From Streptomyces sp. enrichment culture (GTDB lineage Bacteria > Actinomycetota > Actinomycetes > Streptomycetales > Streptomycetaceae), in the NCBI RefSeq assembly GCF_964273255.1, contig NZ_OZ186835.1, positions 1,555,413 to 1,619,412 on the forward strand: a stretch of 64,000 bases of DNA, given 5' to 3'. This document shows, piece after piece, positions 37,313 to 48,203 of the stretch. Position 1 is the first letter of the stretch. Every line of letters starts with the position of its first letter. The notes under the pieces are model-generated. The model did no database searches, was not told where the DNA came from, and worked only from the letters and a program-made list of their open reading frames with translations. The position numbers and the translations under genes are program-made.

Positions 37313-39631
37313 GTGACAGCGAAGTCCGCAGCCGCGGCAGCACGGGCCACCGTGTACGGCTACCCCCGTCAGGGACAGCACCGTGAACTGAAGAAGGCGA
37401 TCGAGGGCTACTGGAAGGGCCGCGTCGACGCGTCCCGGCTCCGTTCCGTCGCCGCCGACCTGCGCGCCGCCCACTGGCGGCAGCTCGCCGAGGCGGGCAT
37501 CGACGAGGTGCCGACCGGCGACTTCTCGTACTACGACCACGTGCTCGACACCTCCGTCATGGTCGGCGCCGTCCCGGAACGCCATCGCGACGCCGTCGCG
37601 GCCGATGCCCTGGACGGCTACTTCGCCATGGCCCGTGGCACCCAGGAGGTCGCTCCCCTGGAGATGACCAAGTGGTTCGACACCAACTACCACTACCTGG
37701 TCCCCGAACTGGGCCCCGGCACCCTCTTCACCGCCGACGCCTCCCAGCAGGTCGCCGAGCTCAAGGAGGCCCTGGCGCTGTCCCTGACCGCCCGCCCGGT
37801 CCTGGTCGGCCCGGTCACCTACCTGCTGCTGGCCAAGCCGGCCCCCGGCGCCCCCGCCGACTTCGAACCGCTCACCCTCCTGGACCGGCTGCTGCCCGTG
37901 TACGCGGCAGTCCTGGCCGACCTGCGCGCGGCCGGCGCCGACTGGGTCCAGCTGGACGAACCGGCCTTCGTCCAGGACCGCACCCCGGCCGAACTCGCCG
38001 CCCTGGAGCGCGCCTACCGCGAACTCGGCGCCCTCACCGACCGCCCCAAGCTGCTCGTCGCCTCCTACTTCGACCGCCTCGGCGACGCCCTGCCCGTCCT
38101 CGCCAAGGCCCCCGTCGACGGCCTCGCCCTGGACTTCACCGGGTCCGCCGCGGCGAACCTGGACGCCCTCGCAGCCGTCGGCGGACTACCCGGCAAGCGC
38201 CTGGTCGCCGGCGTGGTCGACGGCCGCAACATCTGGATCAACGACCTCCAGAAGTCGCTGTCCACCCTCGGCACCCTTCTCGGACTCGCCGACCGCGTCG
38301 ACGTCTCGGCCTCCTGCTCCCTGCTCCACGTTCCCCTGGACACCGGTGCCGAGCGCGACATCGACCCGCAGATCCTGCGCTGGCTCGCCTTCGCCCGGCA
38401 GAAGACGACCGAGATCGTCACCCTCGCCAAGGGCCTGGCCCGGGGCACCGGCACGATCGCCGCCGAACTCGCCGCCAATCGCGCCGATCTGGCCGCCCGC
38501 GCCGCCTCCCCGATCACCCGCGACCCGGCCGTCCGCGCCCGCACGGAGGCCGTGTCCGACACCGACACCCGCCGTTCCCAGCCGTACCCCGAACGGTCGG
38601 CCGTCCAGCGCGCCCACCTCGGCCTGCCGCTCCTGCCGACCACCACCATCGGTTCGTTCCCGCAGACCACCGAACTGCGTACCGCCCGCGCCGACCTGCG
38701 CGCCGGCCGTCTCGACACCGCCGGGTACGAGGAACGCGTCAAGACGGAGATCCAGGAGGTGATCTCCTTCCAGGAGAAGACCGGCCTGGACGTCCTCGTG
38801 CACGGCGAACCCGAACGCAACGACATGGTCCAGTACTTCGCGGAGCAGCTGACGGGCTACCTCGCCACCCAGCACGGCTGGGTCCAGTCCTACGGCACCC
38901 GCTACGTCCGCCCGCCGATCCTGGCCGGCGACATCTCCCGCCCCGAGCCCATGACGGTCCGCTGGACGACCTACGCCCAGTCCCTCACCGACAAGCCCGT
39001 CAAGGGCATGCTCACCGGCCCGGTCACCATGCTCGCCTGGTCCTTCGTCCGCGACGACCAGCCCCGCGCCGACACCGCCCGCCAGGTCTCCCTCGCCCTG
39101 CGCGACGAGGTCACCGACCTGGAGGCGGCCGGCACCACGGTCATCCAGGTCGACGAACCCGCCCTGCGCGAAACCCTCCCGCTGCGCGCCACCGACCGCC
39201 CCGCCTACCTGACCTGGGCCACGGAGGCCTTCCGCCTCACCACCTCCGGCGTCCGCCCGGACACCCAGATCCACACCCACATGTGCTACGCCGAGTTCGG
39301 CGACATCGTCCAGGCCATCGACGACCTCGACGCCGACGTCATCAGCCTGGAAGCCGCCCGCTCCCACATGCAGGTCGCCCGCGAACTCGCCGCGCACGGC
39401 TACCCGCGTGAGGCCGGCCCCGGCGTGTACGACATCCACTCCCCGCGCGTACCCGACGCGGACGAAGCCGCCGCGCTCCTCCGCACGGGCCTCGAGGCGA
39501 TCCCGGCCGAACGCCTGTGGGTCAACCCCGACTGCGGCCTGAAGACCCGGGCGTGGCCGGAGACCCGGGCCTCCCTGGAGAACCTGGTGACCGCCGCGCG
39601 CACCCTCCGCGGTGAGCTGTCCGGCTCCTGA
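37313..39631 (+). CDS. metE: Cobalamin-independent methionine synthase
   Basis: GYPRQG, DFSYYDHVLD, EMTKWFDTNYHYLVPE, PTTTIGSFPQT, HGEPERNDMVQYF, HTHMCY, WVNPDCGLKTR; AAGGAG RBS. Confidence 0.97.
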   Translation: MTAKSAAAAARATVYGYPRQGQHRELKKAIEGYWKGRVDASRLRSVAADLRAAHWRQLAEAGIDEVPTGDFSYYDHVLDTSVMVGAVPERHRDAVAADALDGYFAMARGTQEVAPLEMTKWFDTNYHYLVPELGPGTLFTADASQQVAELKEALALSLTARPVLVGPVTYLLLAKPAPGAPADFEPLTLLDRLLPVYAAVLADLRAAGADWVQLDEPAFVQDRTPAELAALERAYRELGALTDRPKLLVASYFDRLGDALPVLAKAPVDGLALDFTGSAAANLDALAAVGGLPGKRLVAGVVDGRNIWINDLQKSLSTLGTLLGLADRVDVSASCSLLHVPLDTGAERDIDPQILRWLAFARQKTTEIVTLAKGLARGTGTIAAELAANRADLAARAASPITRDPAVRARTEAVSDTDTRRSQPYPERSAVQRAHLGLPLLPTTTIGSFPQTTELRTARADLRAGRLDTAGYEERVKTEIQEVISFQEKTGLDVLVHGEPERNDMVQYFAEQLTGYLATQHGWVQSYGTRYVRPPILAGDISRPEPMTVRWTTYAQSLTDKPVKGMLTGPVTMLAWSFVRDDQPRADTARQVSLALRDEVTDLEAAGTTVIQVDEPALRETLPLRATDRPAYLTWATEAFRLTTSGVRPDTQIHTHMCYAEFGDIVQAIDDLDADVISLEAARSHMQVARELAAHGYPREAGPGVYDIHSPRVPDADEAAALLRTGLEAIPAERLWVNPDCGLKTRAWPETRASLENLVTAARTLRGELSGS

Positions 39632-39810
39632 CGACAGTGTCCCGTGGGCCGGGACGGCAACGGACCACCCCGGCCCACGGGACGACGACGGCGGGACCGC
39701 CCTTCGTGCAGCGGTAAGTCGTCGCCCCCCGGCCGACGGTCCTCGGCCACCGGTGGCGGCCGGCTCGCCGCACAACCCGCGCGCCCGGCGAACGGTGCCA
39801 CACTGGAGAA

Positions 39811-40134
39811 ATGGCAGATCCGGAGGACCGGGAAGAGGCCCGGGAGCGGGGCCAGGATCATGGCCGGGACCGAGACCGGGACCGGCGGCTGGAGCAGGTC
39901 ATCATCGGCCTGCTGGACCAGCGTTCGGCGACCGCCTCGATCTGCCCGTCCGACGCCGCGCGCACGGCCTACGACGGTGACGACGACGGCTGGCGGGCGT
40001 TGATGGAACCCGTCCGCCGCGCCGCCTGGCGTCTGGTGTCGGCCGGCGAGGTCGAGGTGACCCAGGCGGGCCGGCCGGTCGCGGAGGAGTCCGCCCGCGG
40101 TCCCCTCCGCATCCGCCGCGCCGGGCGCCGGTAG
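39811..40134 (+). CDS. DUF3253-like small winged-helix protein
   Basis: SICPSDAAR...WRALMEPVRRAAWRL...VEVTQAG...RGPLRIR. Confidence 0.75.
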   Translation: MADPEDREEARERGQDHGRDRDRDRRLEQVIIGLLDQRSATASICPSDAARTAYDGDDDGWRALMEPVRRAAWRLVSAGEVEVTQAGRPVAEESARGPLRIRRAGRR

Positions 40135-40345
40135 CCGGACCGCGCCGAACACTTCCAGCGGCCCCGCGTGCGCATCCCGCCTCTCCGGGGACGGCACGCC
40201 GTCACGGCCGCACGGTCTGCCCCTCACCGCGGCTGCCGGACGGTGTCCGCACGAGCCGGGGAACGGCCCCCGGGTACCCGAAGCTCCGGCGGCCCGGCTG
40301 GGCGGACGACACGAACGCCCTCCCTGCGGCCCGGCTGGACGGACG

Positions 40346-41176
40346 TCACGGGGTGCGCCGTTCCTCGTCCTCCGTCCCCGCGGAGCCCGGCTCCGCCATG
40401 CGCCGGTGGGCCGCCGCCTTGAGCCCGTCGGGCAGCACCTTCCCGGCCAGCCCCTGGGCCTTCGCCTTCAACGACCCGGTGACGGCCTTCCTCTCACCCG
40501 TCATGATCGCCTCGAACGCCTGCGCGGCGACCTGTGCGGGATCGTCCTTCTTCATGGTGCCGATCCGGGTGTCGTCCGCCATGTCCGCCCGGTCGAAGAA
40601 CTCGGTGTCGGTGGGGCCCGGCAGGAAGGAGGTGACGGTCACGCCGGTGTCCTTGACCTCCTCGGCCAACGCCTGGGCGAAGGACTGCACGAACGCCTTG
40701 GAGGCGTTGTAGACCGGCTGAAAGGATCCGGGCATCGCCGAGGCGACGGACGAGGTCAGGGCGAGCCGGCCCTCGCCACGGACCACCATGCCCCTGAGCA
40801 GCGGTTTGGCCAGCCGCACGGTGGCGGTGACGTTGAGGTCGATGACCTCCTGATCGTCGGCGAGATCGGTGTCCACGAAGGCGCCGCCCTGGCCCACCCC
40901 GGCGTTGAGGACGGCCACGTCGACGGTCAGGCCGTCGAGCGCGTCCAGGAGACGGAACCGTCCCTCGCCCGACCGGAGATCGGCACGCACCGCCCGGACC
41001 TCGGCCCCCGCCGTCGTCCTCACCTCCTCGGCCACGGACTCCAGCGCCTCGTCCTCGGCGTTCACCACGAGGTCGTACCCGTGCCGCGCGAACTCCCGGG
41101 CGAGCTCGCGACCGATTCCGCTGGACGCGCCGGTGATCAGAGCGAGGGGCCGGGTGTCCGGTCGTGTGTCCGTCAT
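40346..41176 (-). CDS. Short-chain dehydrogenase/reductase
   Basis: TGASSGIG, LNAGVG, SS, YNASK. Confidence 0.92.
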   Translation of the reverse strand: MTDTRPDTRPLALITGASSGIGRELAREFARHGYDLVVNAEDEALESVAEEVRTTAGAEVRAVRADLRSGEGRFRLLDALDGLTVDVAVLNAGVGQGGAFVDTDLADDQEVIDLNVTATVRLAKPLLRGMVVRGEGRLALTSSVASAMPGSFQPVYNASKAFVQSFAQALAEEVKDTGVTVTSFLPGPTDTEFFDRADMADDTRIGTMKKDDPAQVAAQAFEAIMTGERKAVTGSLKAKAQGLAGKVLPDGLKAAAHRRMAEPGSAGTEDEERRTP

Positions 41177-41489
41177 GGCGGACGGGTAACCGCCCCGACC
41201 CGTGCCAAGCATGGCAGCAGGCCCGCAAGGACCTCGCTCCGGTTCTCCGGCGGGGCCCGGGCGCCCGGCGGATGCCCGGGCCCCCGACGCTCCGCCGACG
41301 GGGCCGACGGGACCGACGGGCGTCCGCTCGGTCCGGGCAACGTGACGGGTGTCCGCTCGGTCCGGGCAACGTTTCGCTCGATTCCGCACGGGTTACCCGG
41401 ACCGCTCGTGCCCCCGCGCGCCCCTGTCGTCACGCACGCTCCGAAGGCCGCGGGCGGCGTGGTCGTCGACGGGATCGGAACGGAGCTTC

Positions 41490-43334
41490 ATGGCCAGCAC
41501 CAAGGTGTCCGACTACATCCTCCAACGGCTCCGTGAGTGGGACGTCGACCATGTCTTCGCCTACGCGGGCGACGGCATCAACGGGCTGCTGGCGGCATGG
41601 GGGCGGGCGGACAACGACCCGAAGTTCGTCCAGGCCCGTCACGAGGAGATGGCCGCGTTCCAGGCCGTCGGCTACGCGAAGTTCTCCGGCAAGGTCGGGG
41701 TGTGCGCGGCCACCTCCGGCCCCGGAGCCATCCACCTGCTGAACGGGCTGTACGACGCCAAGCTGGACCACGTGCCGGTGGTGGCGCTGGTCGGGCAGAC
41801 CGACCGCAGCGCCATGGGCGGCTCCTACCAGCAGGAAGTGGACCTCGCGAGTCTGTACAAGGACGTCGCCTCCGACTTCTGCGAGACGGTCACGGTCCCC
41901 GAGCAGCTGCCGAACGTGATCGACCGGGCGTTCCGCACCGCGTACGCGAAGCACACCGTCACCGCGATCATCCTCCCCGGTGACGTGCAGGAGCTGGACT
42001 ACAGCCCGCCCACGCACGCGTTCAAGATGGTCCCCTCCAGCCTCGGCCTGGGCCGCTCCGCACCCGTGCCGGCCGACGAGGACCTCCAGCGGGCCGCCGA
42101 CGTGCTGAACGCCGGGGAGCGGGTCGCGGTCCTGATCGGCCAGGGCGCCCGCGGCGCGCGCGAGGAGGTCGAGCGGCTGGCGGACGTGCTGGGTGCAGGA
42201 GTGGCCAAGGCCCTCCTCGGCAAGGACGCCCTGCCCGACGACCTGCCGTACGTGACCGGAGCCATCGGTCTGCTGGGCACCCGCCCCTCCTACGAGCTGA
42301 TGCAGAAGTGCGACACCCTGCTGATGATCGGCTCCAGCTTCCCCTACACCCAGTTCATGCCGGAACTGGATCAGGCCAGGGCGGTGCAGATCGACATCGA
42401 TCCGCACATGATCGGCCTGCGCTACCCGAACGAGGTCAACCTCGTCGGTGACGCCCGCGAGACCCTGCGCCGCCTGCTGCCGAAGCTGCACCGCAAGCAG
42501 GACCGCGCATGGCGGGACACGATCGAGAACAACGTGGCCCGCTGGTGGGAGGTCATGCAGCGCCGTGCCGCGGTCAGCGCCGACCCCGTCAACCCGGAGT
42601 ACGTCGTCCACGCCCTGGACGGCAAGCTGCCCGACGACGCGATCCTCTCCGCCGACTCCGGGTCGGCCGCCAACTGGTACGCCCGCCACCTGCGGCTGCG
42701 CGGGCACATGCGCGGCTCCCTGTCCGGCACCCTGGCCTCCATGGGCCCCGGCGTGCCCTACGCCATCGGCGCGAAGTTCGCCCACCCGGACCGGCCCGCC
42801 ATCGCCCTGGTCGGCGACGGCGCGATGCAGATGAACGGCATGATGGAACTGGTCACCGCCGCGAAGTACTACCGCGAGTGGTCCGACCCGCGGCTCGTCG
42901 TGGCGGTCCTGAACAACGGCGACCTCAACCAGGTCACCTGGGAGATGCGCGCCCTGTCCGGCGCCCCCCAGTTCGAGGAGTCCCAGCACATCCCCGACCT
43001 CCCCTACGCCGACATCGCCCGGCGCATCGGCCTGGACGGCGTGCGGGTGGAAAAGCCCAAGCAGGTCGAAGCCGCCTGGGACCGGGCCCTCGCCGCCGAC
43101 CGGCCGTTCGTGATCGACTTCCGCACCGACCCGGCCGTCCCGCCGATCCCGCCGCACGCCTCACTGGACCAGATCGAGGCCGCGGCGGCCGCGATCCTCA
43201 AGGGCGACAGCGACCGCGGCTCGGTGCTGACACAGGGACTCAAGGCCAAGGTGCAGGAGATGCTGCCGGGCAGCCGCCACCGCCAGGACCGTCCGGGCGC
43301 GGGGCGGCACGACAGCTCCGAGAAGAACACCTGA
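41490..43334 (+). CDS. ThDP-dependent enzyme (pyruvate oxidase/PoxB-like family)
   Basis: YAGDGING, RHEEMAA, TSGPGAIHLLNGLYDAKLDH, VGDGAMQMNG...LNNGDL. Confidence 0.9.
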   Translation: MASTKVSDYILQRLREWDVDHVFAYAGDGINGLLAAWGRADNDPKFVQARHEEMAAFQAVGYAKFSGKVGVCAATSGPGAIHLLNGLYDAKLDHVPVVALVGQTDRSAMGGSYQQEVDLASLYKDVASDFCETVTVPEQLPNVIDRAFRTAYAKHTVTAIILPGDVQELDYSPPTHAFKMVPSSLGLGRSAPVPADEDLQRAADVLNAGERVAVLIGQGARGAREEVERLADVLGAGVAKALLGKDALPDDLPYVTGAIGLLGTRPSYELMQKCDTLLMIGSSFPYTQFMPELDQARAVQIDIDPHMIGLRYPNEVNLVGDARETLRRLLPKLHRKQDRAWRDTIENNVARWWEVMQRRAAVSADPVNPEYVVHALDGKLPDDAILSADSGSAANWYARHLRLRGHMRGSLSGTLASMGPGVPYAIGAKFAHPDRPAIALVGDGAMQMNGMMELVTAAKYYREWSDPRLVVAVLNNGDLNQVTWEMRALSGAPQFEESQHIPDLPYADIARRIGLDGVRVEKPKQVEAAWDRALAADRPFVIDFRTDPAVPPIPPHASLDQIEAAAAAILKGDSDRGSVLTQGLKAKVQEMLPGSRHRQDRPGAGRHDSSEKNT

Positions 43335-43542
43335 AGAGGGCCCAGCCCGGAACCGTTACGCCGGCGCCCACCCCTGCCCTGCCCTGCCGTGAGGCATGCT
43401 CCCCGGGCTGACCCACCGGGACACTCCTCACGCCACGCCCGCACGACCGCTACAACACCGGAAAGCCTCCCGCCCGCTGGTCCGGCTCCGGGGAATTCCA
43501 CGCAAGGTCGGTCGGGCCACCACTACCCGACCACGTCCCCGG

Positions 43543-44223
43543 TTATACGGGATCGAGCACAGGCTTCTCGGGAAGCCCGCCGTTCTTCTCACAGCGCAGT
43601 TCCTTGGCCATGGCTAGGGCGAAGGAATGAGCAACGGTCGCGTAGGCGTTCTTCAGCACTTTGGGGTCGCCTTCAGGCTCCGGGTACTTCGACCATTGCC
43701 ATACGCTGATGCTGATGTAACCCGCTTCCGAGGAGTCAGACAATCTGTCGCTCTGGCACGCAAACTGCAAGTACGCATTGTCCGCCTGCGCCACAGTTCG
43801 CTCCCCCATATTCAGTACTGTGACGTCCGGATTAGGTGGATTAGACGGAGGGCCGTCGAGCAACCTCCAGCTGATCCTCATCACAAACTTCGGCACTTGT
43901 TTGGCCGTAAATATGCGACAGATGTCTTTTCTAGCAACGGACGGGGCGGGAAAAGCCTCGACCAGGTCCTCCGCCGCCCGCACAGGGGTACTTCCTTCCC
44001 CTGTCGCCTCGAACCTCGACGAACCCGTAATCACTTCGAGCGCCTTGGCCGCCTCGGCAGACACCGCCTCCCCGCCGCAAAGCTGAGTTCCTGCAACTTC
44101 CTTCACCTCCTGGTCCTCACCCCCTCCACAAGCCACGGTCCCCAAAAGCACCGAACCGAACACGACCATGGCCACAATGCTTCGGTTTACCGACCTACGG
44201 CTGATCAATGCCAGTATCCTCAA
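43543..44223 (-). CDS. Predicted lipoprotein, candidate immunity protein
   Basis: Basic N-terminus, hydrophobic stretch and lipobox TVAC; directly downstream of the 781-aa protein. Confidence 0.65.
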   Translation of the reverse strand: MRILALISRRSVNRSIVAMVVFGSVLLGTVACGGGEDQEVKEVAGTQLCGGEAVSAEAAKALEVITGSSRFEATGEGSTPVRAAEDLVEAFPAPSVARKDICRIFTAKQVPKFVMRISWRLLDGPPSNPPNPDVTVLNMGERTVAQADNAYLQFACQSDRLSDSSEAGYISISVWQWSKYPEPEGDPKVLKNAYATVAHSFALAMAKELRCEKNGGLPEKPVLDPV

Positions 44224-44246
44224 TTAGCTCGCCTGCGCACTTGACC

Positions 44247-46592
44247 TCAATCGACTTCCGGACCATTACCCTGCTGCCTCTGTCGATCGTTGCCGACTCC
44301 ATAACCGATCTGCACCGATTCGACCAGGTCCGCGCCGAACGTGCTCTCCTTAAGGTTCACACCGTTCCTCTGCAAGAACCATTCCACTGGGGCCTCGGCC
44401 ATGCTCTCCCCGGCGGAGTAAATCCTCTTCTTTTCGATGTCGTTGAGGTCCTCCACCTTTTCCTTGTGCTCGTCCACAGACTTATCCGAGAAATTACCGA
44501 CCAACTGACTGATAACCTGTTCCGCCGCGCCACTAGCAGTGTCGGTCGCCAGCGGAACAAGTACGGCGGCCGCGCCGACGGCCGCAGTCGCAGGCAAGAA
44601 CGCCACCCCGGCCGCGAGGGCCGCAGTGGCTCCGAACTCGACCCAGCCCGCGCGTTGCGCGACCGCCTTCTCATAGTCCTCATGCGTCTTGAGGTACGTC
44701 GCCTCCACCTGGTCGGCCCGGGACTGGTCCAGCATTCCCTGCACCTCAGCCCCTACACGAGCGGCAGTCCTGGCGGAACCCTCCTTGATCCCCTCCGATC
44801 CCACGGTCCCCTCCAGGACGCTGCGGGTGTACACCTGTTCCGCGGTCGAGAGCGTCGCGTAGGCATCGGGATGCTGGCCCAGAGTGCTCAGGAAGCCTCG
44901 GACAATGCTCCGCCCGTCCCCGTCCTCGGCGTCCGCGAAGTCGATGCGCCCCTCCGGGTTTCCACCCGGCGCGAACACGCTGTCCCGATGGTTCTTGTCC
45001 AGCGCCCAGTTGATGTCGTCGATGTATCCGGCGCCCATGATGCCCAGGCTGTCGGACATCACCTCGTGCTGCTTCAGCAGAGCCGGGTCGGCGCCGTATT
45101 TCTCCATGACCCGCTGCATGATCGCTGCATTGTCTGCGTCCCGGACCACGTGAGGGTCCGGGACTCCGGCCGGGTAGCCGAGGGTCGCCGCCTCCAGGGC
45201 GTGACCCAAAGCGTCCGGCATGTGATCGAGTGACGCCTCTCGTTCCTTCACGTCCGGCGAGTTGACGTCGCCGAAGGACTCCCACTCCTCGTTCGCGAAG
45301 AAGTCGAGATAGTTCTCGATCTCCTCCCCGTCCTTGTTCTTGCCCAGGTCGGCTGTGGCGCCGCGGTTGACCGTGCCGTCCTCGTTGTAGGCCGTGGGAG
45401 TGTCCGTGAAGAACTTCTTCGCGGCGTCCGGACTGTTGCCGAGCGCCTCCAGCATGGCGGTAGTCGGGTCGTAACCGGCCCCGTTGACCCCTGAGGGGTT
45501 GAACGGATTCTTGTCGGGACCGCTCAGGATTCTGCTCCCGGAGAACAGCCGGGGATTCTTCTCGTGCAACTGCGCTACGTGTTCGGCGATCGGGTTGAGG
45601 AACTTCGCGTCATAGTTCCCGTACCGCATGATTCCGCCCAGCAGCTGGTACCCGAACGGGCGACCATGGTGGTACTGGTCCAACGAAATGCGCTCCGTGC
45701 CCAGCTTGCGCAGTTCCGGGCCCCACTTCTCGGTGAAGTCCTTGTCGTGGGAGGCAGTCGCCAGGTTGAGGCCGAGGTTTTTCTGGAGGTCCTGGACGTC
45801 CTTGAGGCGTTGCGGGTCGACCTCGCCGAAGTCGTGTGTGTCCGTCGCGAGCTGGCCGAAGAACGCCAGCGCCTTCTCCGGCCCCAGCCTGTTGTAGAAG
45901 AGCTGGGCGAACTCGGCGGACTTGCTGTTGTCCTTCAGCAGCTCGTTGAGTTGCTGAAGCTGCGCGTGCGTGAGGTCCCGGCCCTTGGACGCCAGGGCAA
46001 CCGCGCGGGCGGCTTCCTCCTGGTCCAGCGTGGTGTACCTCGGAGCGCCGAAGTCCTTGCGGTCGGTGACGTTGGCCTCGAGGGTGTTCTTCAGGGTGAC
46101 GTCTGTGTCGTTGCAGTTGTCGACGATGAGGTCGATCCGCTTCTGCCACTCCTCGACCGCCTGCCGCTCCTTGCGCAGAAGCTGGTCGTAGTCGGGTTCG
46201 TTCCGCGCTCCCTCGATCTCGGAGAGCGGTTCCCGTGGCGTCACCTTCCCCTTGCCGTCCACGCGAACGCCGGCCGCGGGCCCCTCGTCGTCGCGGATGG
46301 CGATCAGGTCGGCCCTGGCCTTCTTGATGGCCGCGTAGCCCTCGTTGAGGATCCGGTGCACGCCCTTGGCCTCGGCCACCGCGTCCGTGAACTCCTTGGC
46401 CGTCTTGCCGATGAACTCCTTGGTGACACCTGCGTTGACGCCCTGCCAGGCCGCCCGGTCCGCCTTCTTCTTCATCCCGTCGCGGGCGTCGGTGGCGAGC
46501 TTCTCCAGCTTCCCCGCCATCTCGGACCAGTCGTCGACGGCCGTCTTCAGCTTCACCAACGGGGCGTCGATGATGTCCTCGTACTTCAGCAC
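44247..46592 (-). CDS. Large T7SS-associated hypothetical protein (WXG/LXG-like helical N-terminus)
   Basis: 781 aa. N-terminal AAWQGVNAG WxG-like motif in a helical region; C-terminal hydrophobic segment GATAALAAGVAFLPATAAVGAAAVLVPLA. Confidence 0.65.
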   Translation of the reverse strand: MLKYEDIIDAPLVKLKTAVDDWSEMAGKLEKLATDARDGMKKKADRAAWQGVNAGVTKEFIGKTAKEFTDAVAEAKGVHRILNEGYAAIKKARADLIAIRDDEGPAAGVRVDGKGKVTPREPLSEIEGARNEPDYDQLLRKERQAVEEWQKRIDLIVDNCNDTDVTLKNTLEANVTDRKDFGAPRYTTLDQEEAARAVALASKGRDLTHAQLQQLNELLKDNSKSAEFAQLFYNRLGPEKALAFFGQLATDTHDFGEVDPQRLKDVQDLQKNLGLNLATASHDKDFTEKWGPELRKLGTERISLDQYHHGRPFGYQLLGGIMRYGNYDAKFLNPIAEHVAQLHEKNPRLFSGSRILSGPDKNPFNPSGVNGAGYDPTTAMLEALGNSPDAAKKFFTDTPTAYNEDGTVNRGATADLGKNKDGEEIENYLDFFANEEWESFGDVNSPDVKEREASLDHMPDALGHALEAATLGYPAGVPDPHVVRDADNAAIMQRVMEKYGADPALLKQHEVMSDSLGIMGAGYIDDINWALDKNHRDSVFAPGGNPEGRIDFADAEDGDGRSIVRGFLSTLGQHPDAYATLSTAEQVYTRSVLEGTVGSEGIKEGSARTAARVGAEVQGMLDQSRADQVEATYLKTHEDYEKAVAQRAGWVEFGATAALAAGVAFLPATAAVGAAAVLVPLATDTASGAAEQVISQLVGNFSDKSVDEHKEKVEDLNDIEKKRIYSAGESMAEAPVEWFLQRNGVNLKESTFGADLVESVQIGYGVGNDRQRQQGNGPEVD

Positions 46593-46608
46593 GTCGCTCC
46601 CCCGAGCC

Positions 46609-47022
46609 TTACTTCATGTACTCGCTGAGCACCGAGATGCGCAGCAGTTCTCCTTCGACCTTCGCCTCGTCCTTGGCGTGCTGCGCCTTGCTGAAGTCAA
46701 GGTGGTTGGAGATCCGCGCGCAGGCGTCCAGCAGGGTCTTCAGGTGCGTCTGCCAGCGGTCGTGGACCTTCAGCACGGCCGAGCCGCTTTCGAAGTTGCC
46801 GTTGGTCAGCGCCGTGGCCGCGTCGAACGTGGCGGGACGGGCGATGTCGCCCTCCTTCGTCAGCCGGCCGAGCAGGTCGTAGGCGTCGTTGCCGATGGCG
46901 CCCAGGTCGTCCCGGTTGACCACCAGGTCGTAATCCCCGTCGGTCGCGCTGCTGTTGATCTGTGTCGTCGTGCGACGGGCAGCTGCCGCGCGCAGCTCTG
47001 CCCATTCCTGCTCGAACGTCAT
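46609..47022 (-). CDS. Small WXG100-like partner protein
   Basis: MTFEQEWAELRAAAARR...HDRWQTHLKTLLDAC..ISNHL.FSKAQHAKDE: helical hairpin with a C-terminal H/YxxxD/E-like export signal. Confidence 0.6.
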   Translation of the reverse strand: MTFEQEWAELRAAAARRTTTQINSSATDGDYDLVVNRDDLGAIGNDAYDLLGRLTKEGDIARPATFDAATALTNGNFESGSAVLKVHDRWQTHLKTLLDACARISNHLDFSKAQHAKDEAKVEGELLRISVLSEYMK

Positions 47023-47465
47023 CACACCCCCGAAGTCCTCCAACCGGTCTCACGGACCGCTTCACGATACGCGGACGATCACCAGCCTGATCACCGGCCC
47101 TTGGCCCGCCCATCGACCGTGGACGGCAGCAACCGCGCCCGCGGGCCCGCTCAGGCACCGGCTCGACGGGACAGGTTCACTTTCACTCGGACGAGACCTG
47201 CCCGCACATGGTCCTTGACCCGGCACCGTCGAACCCACGGCGGCCGTCCATGGTCGTGAGCCATGGGATCACGGTCGGTTGCCGGCTGCAGGAGAACGCT
47301 TCGGAGTGGCCGAATACCGTTCCGGTATGCGAATGGTTGACCGACCGGGAGGGCTCGGGTGACGGTCTCGGCAGACCCTCCGGGCTTCCCAGCCGCGCAA
47401 GGCAGCAGCCGGCCGCGGCCCCGTCACAGGACGGAGTCCGCGGCCGGCCGGATCCCAGACGGAGG

Positions 47466-48203
47466 TCAGCCGCTGACCGTGATGTTCGAGTTGCCACTGC
47501 TCTGGTAGCCCTCGGTGGCCATGATCATGTAGTACCTGAACTGGCCCAGGTTCATGCCCGCGCGCGCCCAGGCGTCGAAGTGGTTCCCGGTGGTGATGGT
47601 GCCGGAGCCGATCACCTTCGACTGCCGGACGCTCCAGTACTGGTCGAAGGTGCGCGTGCCCTCCACGGAGGGGGCGTTGTACCGCGTCGTCTTGTAGATG
47701 TCGTACGTGCCGCCGTCGCTGTACACGGTGCCGCGGTGCTCGCCGGTGGGCCGGTAGCTGCCCCAGTTGTCGACGATGTAGTACTCGACCAGCGGGTTCG
47801 ACGTCCAGCCGTAGAGGCAGCCGTAGCCGTTGCCCGACGGGTTGAAGTAGCCGCTGTACCGGACCGTCCTGCGCCCGCCGTTGGCCCAGCCCTTGCCGGC
47901 GACGAAGTTGCCGCAGTTGGTCCACTGGGTGCTGTAACTCCCGCCGCCGTTCAGTGTCATGGAGACGCGGCCGCCCCCGTCCGTCCAGAACGAGTAGTAC
48001 ATGCCGTCGTAGCCGGTCTGGTTGGTGGTGATGGTGGTGGCGGCGTGGGCCGTGCCGGGCAGCAGCAGTCCGGACGCGGTCGCGAGCGCGACGGTGCCGG
48101 CGCCGCCGAGGAAGCCTCGTCGGCTCAAGCCGCTGAAGGGGGCGGGGTGCTGCGGGTTCTGGTCCTGCTGGTTCCGTTCTTGCCGCTTACCGTCCTGCTG
48201 CAT
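47466..48203 (-). CDS. xlnC: Tat-secreted GH11 endo-1,4-beta-xylanase C
   Basis: SRRGFLG Tat motif, [12 protein letters not shown] and [10 protein letters not shown] catalytic motifs; closely resembles S. lividans XlnC as recalled. Confidence 0.95.
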   Translation of the reverse strand: MQQDGKRQERNQQDQNPQHPAPFSGLSRRGFLGGAGTVALATASGLLLPGTAHAATTITTNQTGYDGMYYSFWTDGGGRVSMTLNGGGSYSTQWTNCGNFVAGKGWANGGRRTVRYSGYFNPSGNGYGCLYGWTSNPLVEYYIVDNWGSYRPTGEHRGTVYSDGGTYDIYKTTRYNAPSVEGTRTFDQYWSVRQSKVIGSGTITTGNHFDAWARAGMNLGQFRYYMIMATEGYQSSGNSNITVSG

